Assembly: GCF_000143415.4 (NCBI RefSeq)
Contig: NW_003314367.1
Span: 528,857-592,856, forward strand
Source: Selaginella moellendorffii
Lineage: Eukaryota > Plantae > Lycopodiophyta
Length of the DNA: 64,000 bases
Reading direction: 5' to 3'
Under the pieces are notes generated by a model that saw only the letters and a list, made by a program, of their open reading frames with translations, had not been told where the DNA came from and ran no database searches. This document shows, one piece after another, positions 1-8,896 of this stretch (position 1 is the first letter of the stretch; each line of letters opens with the position of its first letter). The translations under genes were made by a program, and so were the position numbers.

Positions 1-943
1 CCTGTTGAACCCTTTGTTCCTCGAACTCAGTTTTGATTCTGTAGAATGTGGTTCGAGGGACTCCATAAATGATTCTCCATGCCTTCATGCAGACCAAACC
101 CCTCTGGAAGACCATGCCCCCCACCTGATGTTCTGAAGCATCAACAGATGACCGTAATGCCTCATACACAAAATTGCGAGCTGCCTTCCAGGACAATGTC
201 TTGTATCTTGCTCTCTCCTCTTCAATAGCATCCCAATCAGCATGTTGACAGCACCTCCTCTTGCAACAAGCAACTGTCGAGACCATTCAAACCTCCATCG
301 CCATTTTCTGCCTTTTCGGTTCGTTGCTCAGATCCCTTTGGCTGCGCTTTAGGAAGGTGTACTTTCTTTTCCCATGAAGAGATGTTCTGTCATCAGTTGT
401 AGTGGTGTTTGATTGTGAATCCTTCATATTCTCAAACACTAAGTGCCTCAATTTCCACCGCACAATGCTTCCAATAGTCAGACTGTTTTCTTCTGTGTCA
501 ACAACCTCTAAAATCGCAACTCCAATATCATCCCAGCCCAATTCTTGATTAGCAACCGCATCTCTTGGATCGACAACTGTGGCTAAGCCCTCAGCTACCA
601 CCTCCCCCTCGGGGTTGTTTAGAAACACCTTCGCCTGAATCCATGTAGCACGGTTCTTAAGATCCACGGAGGGAACATGCGTCGCACTTACGCTGTCCCC
701 AACATCTGCTTTCTTCTGAAGATTTTTCAGGGCAACAACAACATTTATCCTGACGACCATCTCTCCTCGTTCAATAGCGACCACATTCCCATCGAAGACA
801 GTCTCTACTGATACAGCAGCATTGCCTTCCCCAAGCCTTTAACAGTGTATAACAAAGTTCTGATCCATAGACACAAGGGTCCCTTTTGCAACTCTCTTCC
901 CACCATTCAAAATGTAAACCTTTTTCCCAACCCTGAAGGCCAT
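1..943 (-). pseudogene. Transposase-like gene, N-terminal part, runs off the window; two in-frame stops
   Basis: One frame from ATG 943 to base 1, with TAA at 839-841 and TGA at 287-289. It contains two tandem Tnp1/En-Spm-like domains (KKVYILNGGKRVAKGTLVSMD..LGEGNAAVSVETV; AKVFLNNPEGEVVAEGLATVVDP..LGWDDIGVAILEVVD..VRW). These are followed by CCKRRCCQH...VCMKAWRIIYGVPRTTFYR, which resembles the N-terminus of Sola/DUF7869-type transposases. The catalytic core would lie outside the window. Confidence 0.6.
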
Positions 944-1309
944 TCTGAAAGTGCAGAAAAGAAGTTAAGACCATACAAAAAATGATTGGAGAATGGCCTA
1001 AATCATAACATACCAAACAACCTCAATAGCATGAGGCCACATGCCATTATTCAAACATGCTATTGACACCCACGTGAAATTTCGCATTCACAAAATTGGC
1101 ATGAGCCCTCATGCCATCTTGATATACACACAGCTGCAGGCAAGTAAAAACATACATGACAATACGCTAGCCATGAAATTGCAAGGGCCCAAGATGGCAT
1201 GTGGCCTCATGCCATTTCTAAATGTGGTCCTAAGCCATTCTATGGTGAACATACCAGGAAGCACAAGTGCTGAATATCAAGAGGAAGCGGTAGCCACACC
1301 AAAGACAAT

Positions 1310-1500
1310 GCCGCTCGCAACACCGCAACTACTCGTAGCGCCGCTCGCAACACCGCAACTGTTCGTAGCGCCGCTCGCACAAACTGCCACTCGCATAAAC
1401 TGCCGCTCGCAATGGCACTCGCAATGCCGCAACCGCTCGTAGACGCATAAACCACAGCCCACAACGCCGCTTACACAAGCAGCGCTCACTGCGCTCAGCG
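1310..1500. repeat. CG-rich tandem repeat, 30-bp unit GCCGCTCGCAACACCGCAACT..TCGTAGC
   Basis: About 2.4 copies at 1310-1380, then decaying GCCGCTCGC units. Confidence 0.8.
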
Positions 1501-1671
1501 GAACCAAGAACACGGCGCACAAAAATGATAAACCTAGGAATGAGTTCGAGAATTCAGACATTGTATACCATTCTGTAAAATCTAGTTGCGATCTAACGGT
1601 TGGATCTCCAGAAAACTCAAAAAAATCTCGCGCGTGTCAGAATATTCTAGGAATATACTCCTATGTGCCCC

Positions 1672-2075
1672 TAAAAATGGCATGCGGCCCCACGCCATTC
1701 AAGAGATAACGCCAGATGACGCCGAGAATTTTTTGGTGCATTTTTTGGGTTCAAAATTGCATGAGCCCACACGCTATAAAGTTTATCTTTGCCAAATAGA
1801 GAAAAGTTTATCTGTGTCATGTGAGGTAGTTACAGTCCTTTGTGCTCGGCATCTGCCTTTTGCAGCATTTGCACTGAAAGGGAATTTTTCTCCATTCAGC
1901 ATTTGGCCTTGAAAATGGCATGCGCCCATACGCCATTCAAGGAATAACGCCACAGGATGCCTGGATTTTTGGGTTTAAAATGTTTAGGGTTTTTTAGGTT
2001 TTTTCAAAATATTTTGGGTCCAACGTTTTTTGGGTTTCTTTGGTTCAAAATTGCATGAGCCTACACGCTATAATA
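1672..2075. repeat. Degenerate tandem duplication carrying two palindromes per unit
   Basis: AAAATGGCATGCG..CGCCATTCAAG..ATAACGCCA...GGTTCAAAATTGCATGAGCC.ACACGCTATAA occurs at ~1672-1780 and ~1911-2075. Confidence 0.8.
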
Positions 2076-2419
2076 TTGATTTGAGAGAAAAATAGAAACA
2101 GATAGAATTTCTTTATTTAGCTGAACATCTGCCATTTTTGGAAATACAAGATGCTTTGGAATATCCAATCATGCATGGTATAAATATAGCGAGGGTATTA
2201 AATGATATCCCAATCATGATCTTTCTTTTGGATTTCGCGTGCATGCAGTCCGAGGAATGATGACGTTGCGGATTTCTTTTGGATTTTGCGTGCTTGCATG
2301 CGCGCGGCAATCCAGAAATTAATGGTGGCGCCCAAGTCCGAGGAATGATGACGTGGCGGGATTACCAACCGTTGTGACATTTCGCGCGTGTGAGGTTAGG
2401 TTTTGGATTTTGCTTCGTA

Positions 2420-2625
2420 CTCGTGCTCACACACTCGCGCTCGTGCTCGCACACTCGCGCTCACGCTCGCATCACACTCGCGCTCGCATCGCGCTCCCAC
2501 TCGCGATCACGCTCACATTCGCGCTCATCTACCTTCTCTACAGGTTTCTCGTGTGCATCGGCGTCCACTCGCGCTTGCATCACACTCGCGCTTGCATCGC
2601 GCTCGTGTGCATCGGCGTCCACTTC
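2420..2625 (+). repeat. CG-rich low-complexity repeats (CACACTCGCGCTCG) upstream of the cargo ATG
   Basis: Repeated CTCGCGCT/CACACTCG units; TCGTGTGCATCGGCGTCCACT occurs twice. Confidence 0.75.
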
Positions 2626-3739
2626 AAGACACACCCAGTTTGTAACTTTGCCGCCAACTCCGCCGCCCACTCCGCCACCCACACGCAGCCCACTTGGCGT
2701 CCCGGGAGATTTCAGTGCCACTCTCCAACTGTAAGTGGCAGAGTAGCCTTGCTGCTACGATCCGCTGCACACACAGTGCACATTCGCTAGCGAGTCCGGC
2801 CTTGATTGTCACGGCCTCCATTCGACTTCAAATGGTAAGTCTTTTAGGCCAAGTAGAAAATGGCATGAGGCCACATGCCATTCAGTAGCAACATTGGCAT
2901 GCACCGATTGGGCTCTCGAGTGCAGTCCGGTTACAGATGGCGTGTAGCCTCACGCCATCTTAGGATGCAGCCTCAAGACATCTGATGCAGTGGTGAATGG
3001 CGTGTGGCCTCACGTTATTTCCAGCTGCTAGCTTGTCATCTGTCAGCTCTAATTGTTATGCATTTCTGAACAGGCGAGGAATTGCGTTATTCTTCCAGCC
3101 ACTGTCAATGTGGATGCAGAGAAGGGGGAGGAGCTCACCAGTTGGACTTTCGGGATGGAAGGCGAGGATTTGATGCTGTACAACACAGATGGTAGGAGAA
3201 AAGAATGCATGGGGATCCTCATCCAAGTGACAGACACTCCATGCAGTTCCATGCAAGAATATGGACTGGCACTTGTGGTAGAGACAGCGTCCGCCTTCAA
3301 GATCCACCTTGCACATCCTAGCGGCTTCCCGGAGGGGGGCAGCAGCTATGAGGAATTCCTAGAGGGAGCTAGGGAGAGGTTGTCCAGGAGGCCCACAATT
3401 TCAAAGACGCTGCGGGTCTATGAAGATCACATGGAATCCACGGACCTCACCTACGGCGATGTTCAAAAACTATATTCCAACATTGAGCCGTTGAGAGTGC
3501 CTCCAGTTCGCGAAGCGAAGGGGAAGGGGGTCGATCTGGAAACTACCCCGAAGCAGAAAAGGGTGGTCAAGCTCAAGCCGACGTCCGACTCTGCTGCTCC
3601 AAAAAAGAAGCTACTCGGTGATGCCATTGCCTCGGGTTCAAACACTACACCCACCAAAAAGAAGAGCCGCAAAGAGTAGAAAGAGCAAGAAGAGGCAGCA
3701 AAAATCGTCGCAGATAATAGTACTTGTTACTATTCCAAC

Positions 3740-4200
3740 AAAGTATATACAATCGACGTGAGCCGTATCGACATCCAAAGCAAATACAACCACAGGCTAG
3801 TATCTGATGAGTGGGTGGAGAAACTGAAGCAGAAGATGCTGGCAAGTCCAGTAACACCCGACATTGCAGACATGATCCCCTACTACCGAACAATGAAGGG
3901 CGAGACGAGGTTTCCAGACTTGATCAATAGGAAGGTGTTGGACGATCAGAACATCCGGTTCTATGCCGTCTCTGGGCAGCATTCTAGCTTGGCAATGCAA
4001 CAGATAGTTGTGGATATTATGGTGGGCGAGGAGGTGAAGAAAGTCTTCAAGACAAGAGTTGTCCGCCTGATAAAAGGCAACTCGCCCCTCCGATCTATCA
4101 TATACATCTCCCACACGCAAAATGTGAAGCAAGAAACGTGCTACAAATCAGGTCTGCACGAGACATTGGCACGAACACAGAAGCTCTGGGTTCAACTGAA
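3740..4200 (+). other. ParB/sulfiredoxin-like domain within the cargo gene
   Basis: YTIDVSRIDI..YNHRLVSDEWVEKLKQKM ... FYAVSGQHSSLAMQQI ... RVVRLI ... IIYISHTQN follows the ParB-N pattern (R-helix, y.i.dGxHR..A, terminal eN). The Arg of GxHR is replaced by Ser. Confidence 0.6.
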
Positions 4201-4899
4201 GAAGCCACAAAAACCAGGACAAGGACGTGCACTAGCAACTAGCGCCTGGCAGGTAAGCCTCGTTGCATGTGGCATAGCATGTGGCCTCACGCCATTTCCA
4301 TTGCAGGAATTCTCGAGTCTTCTCTTGAAAACACTGGGGGTCAATGACACACTCAGCATCCATAACATTCTACTCGCGACAAAAGTTGTTTTTGACAAAT
4401 GGGTAGATGTGCTGAGGAGGTACCATAACGGGGAGTTGCTAAACTCAATGGGTGTGAAGGACGGCCGGAAGCCCAATGATTTGAAGCTCAACGCCTTGCG
4501 TTTCTCGCGGTCTCTAGACGACGACGACCTTCTGACAATGACTAATGCTCTTCTACGTGGTGAGGTAATCTTCAACAAGACCAAAATGACTCCCGGCCAT
4601 ATTGTGACATACGAGGACTTGTGCACGACTCTGAGAGCTCGTGCGCTATTGAAGGATTGGATCTTCGAGCAAGTGGCCGTGGAGAGGGTGAGCATCGACA
4701 CCACGCAAGAGATGATGGAAGAGCTGGAGTTGTCAAATGAAGACATCGACGACTACGTGAAGGGGGCCCCCAAGTTCATCGATCTGCTGCGGGATGCCAC
4801 GAAAAGTAAAGCTGAGAAGTTAGATCAGTATCCAAATTTCATTAAGAGGGATGTCGACCGCCGGCTTCAGAAACAGCTCGACCCCGCAGCAGAGGCCTA

Positions 4900-5600
4900 T
4901 CGAGAACCTTACCGGGTATACATGAATTCGGATGAGGATCAAAGGTGGAGGAGCATCGTTTCCCGCGGAGATGAGCAGGTAGGGAAAATCTTTTGTGTGA
5001 TGGACTTCACAAACGAAGAGATCACTCATGCAGACGAAGTCAGCTCCATCATTGACTTAATGGTGGGACTTGCGAAGGTGGAATCTTCAGTCCACTATAT
5101 GATCTACGACTCCGAATCCTATCACAAGTTCTGGAAGGCCTTGAACGAGGTGAAGGCTCGGTTGAAAGGCGAGGAGATGCGGGAGATCCATGGGATAATG
5201 GCTAAGAAGAAGATACTGACGAATGTCCGCATCTTCACACTCGCCCTTGTTATTGGTCCTGCAGCAGAGTGGGACTGGAGTGACTTCCCAGCTTCGTTCG
5301 ACAAGGCCGATCGAATTGATCTGAGGGAGGTCAATTTACCCGTGCCTGAGGAACTGAAGACGGCTATGGAGCTTTCGAATCCAAAGAAAGCTCCAGGTGC
5401 AGCATGGGAAATGCTCAGCTGGGTCTTCAACGCAATAGCGGGTGACTCCAAGGGCAAATGCGTTGTTGAGTACAACTGCGGCGGACTATTCTTTCGAGCC
5501 ACACTACTCAAGGGTGTCCCGTGTGTTGCGGTGACAAACTCCATTGAAGAGGTGACTTCAATGGAGCATATAATTACAGTTGCCAAAGAAAAACAGTATC
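4900..5600 (+). other. Degenerate beta-class DNA amino-methyltransferase-like fold
   Basis: VGKIFCVMDFTN sits where DLIxTDPPY is expected. NPKKAP..WEMLSWVFNAIAGDSKGKCVVEYNCGGLFFRATLLKGVPCVAV aligns by eye to HPTxKP..LL..LI...S..GDxVLDPFxGSGTT..AA...GR..IG. Catalytic and SAM motifs are not canonical. Confidence 0.4.
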
Positions 5601-7586
5601 TTCTCTGCGAACCTGGTGAGTACGCACTTTAAGTTTAAATGTTATCTCACAAGCTCTATATGCAGGAGCGTGGCCACCCCCAGATGCTGAAACGGCGTTA
5701 ACAGCTACTGATGTTAGGCCGAGCTCACAACCTGCACAAGGTAAGGTCACGTGAGGCCTCACACCATTTTGATTATAGATCGTTGTGAATATTCAGACAC
5801 GAGGACTGAAAAGCGCACTGGTGGCGCGTCGAAGAAGGACAAACAGACAAGCAATAGGAAAAAAGGAGGTACAAATTATATTTGCAATGGCGTGTGGTCT
5901 CATGCCATTCCTTGCAGGAGACACTTCTTCAAAGGCAAAATAGGCAAGCACCAGCCAAGCTCAAACTGACAGTGGTCATAAAAAGCGAAAGCACGTTGGA
6001 CAGTCGTCGGGATCAGAGGCGTTTGATTCGAAAAGGAAGAAGGGCAACGAAAAGATGATAGGTAATGCCTTGCGGTTATGGCGTGTGTGCTCATGCCATT
6101 CATTGTAGATCAAGGGCTGAGTGAAAGGAGCCAGTCACCACCTCCTGACTCAGATTCCTATGGCGGACTCCCCTTCCCCAATCTCAATGGAGAGGTACAA
6201 TGGATGAGGGATGCTTTTCAAGTCAGGGCCACGTTTTTCTCATCTCGTCGTCTTCGAAGGGTGCAAGAACGTGTAGAAACCATGTTAAGACAGTCAGGTG
6301 AGGATACGGTCCTAGGTCAAGCACTAAAACAGGCTATGGATGTCTTGTATTTTGAGATGGAGACTCAGCCAGATGATTTTCCCAAGATGGTCCTGGAAGA
6401 ACAAGCCATCCAGCCTGAGTAGCCTATGGAAGAAATGCAGGAGGGGGATGAGGAGCCAGAGAAAGATAATGAGCAGGAAGAGCAGAAGGACGAAGAGGAG
6501 GACAAAGAAGAGGAGGACGAAGAAGAGGAGGACGAAGAAGAGGAGGACGAAGAGGACTTGGATGGTCCTCACAATGGTGACAATCACAATAACGACGATG
6601 ACGATGATGACGACGATGGCCAACCTGAGGTGGCCAAAGAGCAGCGGAGGAAGGTCATACAAGACAAACCATCAGGTAAATAATAGTACATCCATTCCTA
6701 ACCTTTTACCATTTCTAACATTGTCCATGTAGGTCGCAGAAGAAATGGTAAGTAGAGATTATTCAGTTGAATTAAGATACAAACTCTAGCCTTTAGTGTC
6801 GAGGAAGGATAGTGCCAAGCAAGGGTCGAAACGTATGTCCAATCCTTCGGAATCAGTAGTGCGCCCAAGTGATATCGGTCCTAGTTCCTCAATAGCAGTT
6901 GATGGTAAATACAGTATAGTCAATTCAATGTGCTAATGAGTTTGTTTTTAGTAGCCAGTAGGGAGGATACCATCTCAATCGAAGGGAGATATTTGGACAT
7001 GCATATAGATCCGCCAGTGGACTCTACTTGCCTGCAAGAATCATCAGAGCTGGTGGAGGCTACTATCCATATCAACGCCAAGCAAGCTGACCACGCTCCA
7101 CTTGATGCTGCCCATACCATTGAGTCAATCTTGTCCACGTATCCAACTGACGGTGACCAGGCGCCATTGGACCCGCATGAGGCCGCCCCAGCCGCCGAGC
7201 CGGTCGTATCCTCATTTCCAACGGACTCAACGTGTGCCCAATCGTCTGACTACGCGCCGTTGGAACCTCCCTACACCACCCCTGCTGCCTGTTCGGTCAT
7301 GTCCACTTTGCCAACGGAGGCACCAGCTGAAATGGCGTGTGATCACACGCCATCGAAACCACCCCATGCCACTGTTGAGCCAGTTGTACCAGAGTCTACA
7401 GCTGAAATGGCATGTGCCCACATGCCATCGGATGCGATTGACCCCACATTGTAGAGGAGAGTATTTCCGCCCTTCACGTTTCCTCGACCAAAACCCTCTG
7501 AACGACCATCGGGAGCACCATTCGCTAATATTGTAGATGGTAAAATTGACTTGTACCATTTTTTATGCTGACGCATTTCATTTCAG

Positions 7587-8398
7587 AGTCACGGCAAAAG
7601 TACTATATCGTTTTTGATCTGAACGGTGTCCTTTTCTCCCATGAGCGTGGCTCGTCCTCGAATGTCACTGCACCCTCCAAAGCCTGCGGTCGCAAGTTGG
7701 TCAAAAGAGACAGATTCACATTAATCACACGGGAGAAACTGTGGGATCTAATAATGACCATGCGACACTTAAAACAGAGGGCCGGGTTCAATTTGCAATT
7801 GGGAGTTTGGACATCCATGATGCGCCACAATGCATTAACGTTGCTACAGATGATGCACGATCAGACGCAAGTAATATTACCATTTGACTTTCTCCTAACG
7901 CAGGAGGATTGCTTGACTATGGTCCATGTGAGGGGTAGCAAGCCCATCTTCGTCAAGCCAGAGGCTGTAGTGATGAACCGGACTGCTAGGTCAAGTGAAA
8001 TCCTCATTATCGATGACTCGCCGATTAAAACTGCAGCGAACACGCACACATATGCAGTGCACCCCATCTCTTGCAGTATGGAAACTAGGGAGAAGAAACC
8101 GTATGTTCTGGGGGACCTTGCAAAACGGCTTGAAGCGATGGTGATAGAGAACCGGCCAATCCAGGAGGTGGCTGCAGAAATCAACCAAATGGTAGATGGA
8201 ACGGTATATCAGAAGCCATTTGATCAGACAGACACCAGTCATCATTTATGGCATGTATATTGTCTAGCCAAGCACTATCCGCATCTCCATAATCTGCTCA
8301 ATCGGATGGGTTCTTCGACCACTGAACATGAGTGTGGACGTATTAGAGAAGAGATGGCATTACTATTGGGTTTAAATCCTGATAGCGTGGAGAGATGA
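7587..8398 (+). CDS. FCP1/NIF-type HAD phosphatase domain (last exon of the cargo gene)
   Basis: HAD motifs IVFDLNGVL, VWTSM, KPIFVK and LIIDDSPIK. Acceptor ttcag at 7586; stop TGA at 8398. Confidence 0.8.
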
Positions 8399-8896
8399 AA
8401 TTCCAAGATTATTGTATAGGCGTTGGAGGCAAAAAATAACAGTCTAAGATGGCATGTATTTATTTAAAAATGTAACTTATTATGGCATGGGGTTCCATGC
8501 CATTGTATTAATATTAAAAGACAATTCTTTGAGAGGATTTGCATTATACTAGAAGTGTTACAGCATGTTATTGGAAGTCTACGAAATTGTTTTATTAATA
8601 AGGGGAAAGTAAAGATTGAATGGGGACTTGGGCTCCACCTAGACTCGGAGCAACTGAGCCAATATTAAAAGGATGGAAAGAAATTGGACGACGATGACAA
8701 GGAGAAGAGAGAGGTGAAGCAGTGGCAGGGGGAGGAGAAGTGATTGAGTAGACATTTCCTTGTTTAAAATAAAATGGCATGTGCTTCAATGCAGTTGAAT
8801 TTTGTTATATTTATATACTATATAAAGGTTTGGAAACCTTATTTTACAAGTGGGATAATGACAATTCCCACTTTAATGAAATAGAGCTTCCTTTAA

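Larger units (their letters stand above)
2832..8398 (+). pseudogene. Multi-exon cargo gene: unknown N-domain + ParB/Srx-like + degenerate N6/N4-MTase fold + acidic/Pro-rich linker + FCP1/NIF HAD phosphatase
   Basis: ATG 2832-2834 followed by GTAAGT. GT-AG introns at 2835-3073, 4253-4306, 5616-5665, 5741-5796, 5869-5917, 6062-6108, 6676-6732, ~6748-6797, ~6905-6953 and 7540-7586 join ORFs 3053, 3758, 5751, 6078, 6426, 6930 and 7565 (junctions at 6.7-6.95 kb are less certain). In-frame TAGs at 3677, 5941, 6420 and 7452; no frameshift seen. Confidence 0.7.
1026..8795. repeat. Dispersed 22-bp palindrome ATGGCRTGNGNNCNCAYGCCAT, about 19 copies
   Basis: Copies start at 1026, 1096, 1194, 1677, 1756, 1915, 2050, 2860, 2937, 2997, 4274, 5746, 5887, 6078, 7332 (perfect: ATGGCGTGTGATCACACGCCAT), 7407 and 8482; degenerate copies at 2960 and 8774. 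Confidence 0.9.
1..8892. mobile_element. Putative large DNA transposon (one arm) with divergent transposase and cargo genes
   Basis: Transposase-like gene plus divergent cargo gene, unified by a 22-bp palindrome confined to 1026-8795. Abuts a truncated gypsy RT at ~8897. Right boundary is tentative. Confidence 0.55.

Noticed and set aside
1041-2790. ORFs 1041-1442, 1277-1561, 2353-2790 and 2390-2734
   Set aside because: They arise from CG-rich repeats open in several frames and show no domain features.
3758-5632. Stand-alone 624-aa gene or bacterial contaminant
   Set aside because: It is in frame with the upstream ORF, contains a 54-nt in-frame GT-AG intron and ends at a splice donor.
6324-6732. 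Hydrophobic (-) and Arg/Lys-rich (+) ORFs
   Set aside because: Alternative frames of the GAR/GAY acidic tract.
3677-7454. TAG readthrough or stop-codon reassignment in the cargo gene
   Set aside because: Neighbouring retroelements show the same CAG>TAG decay; deamination is the simpler explanation.
1026-8795. Palindromic repeats as a CRISPR array
   Set aside because: Spacing is irregular (tens to >1400 bp), copies sit in introns and exons, and there are no cas genes.
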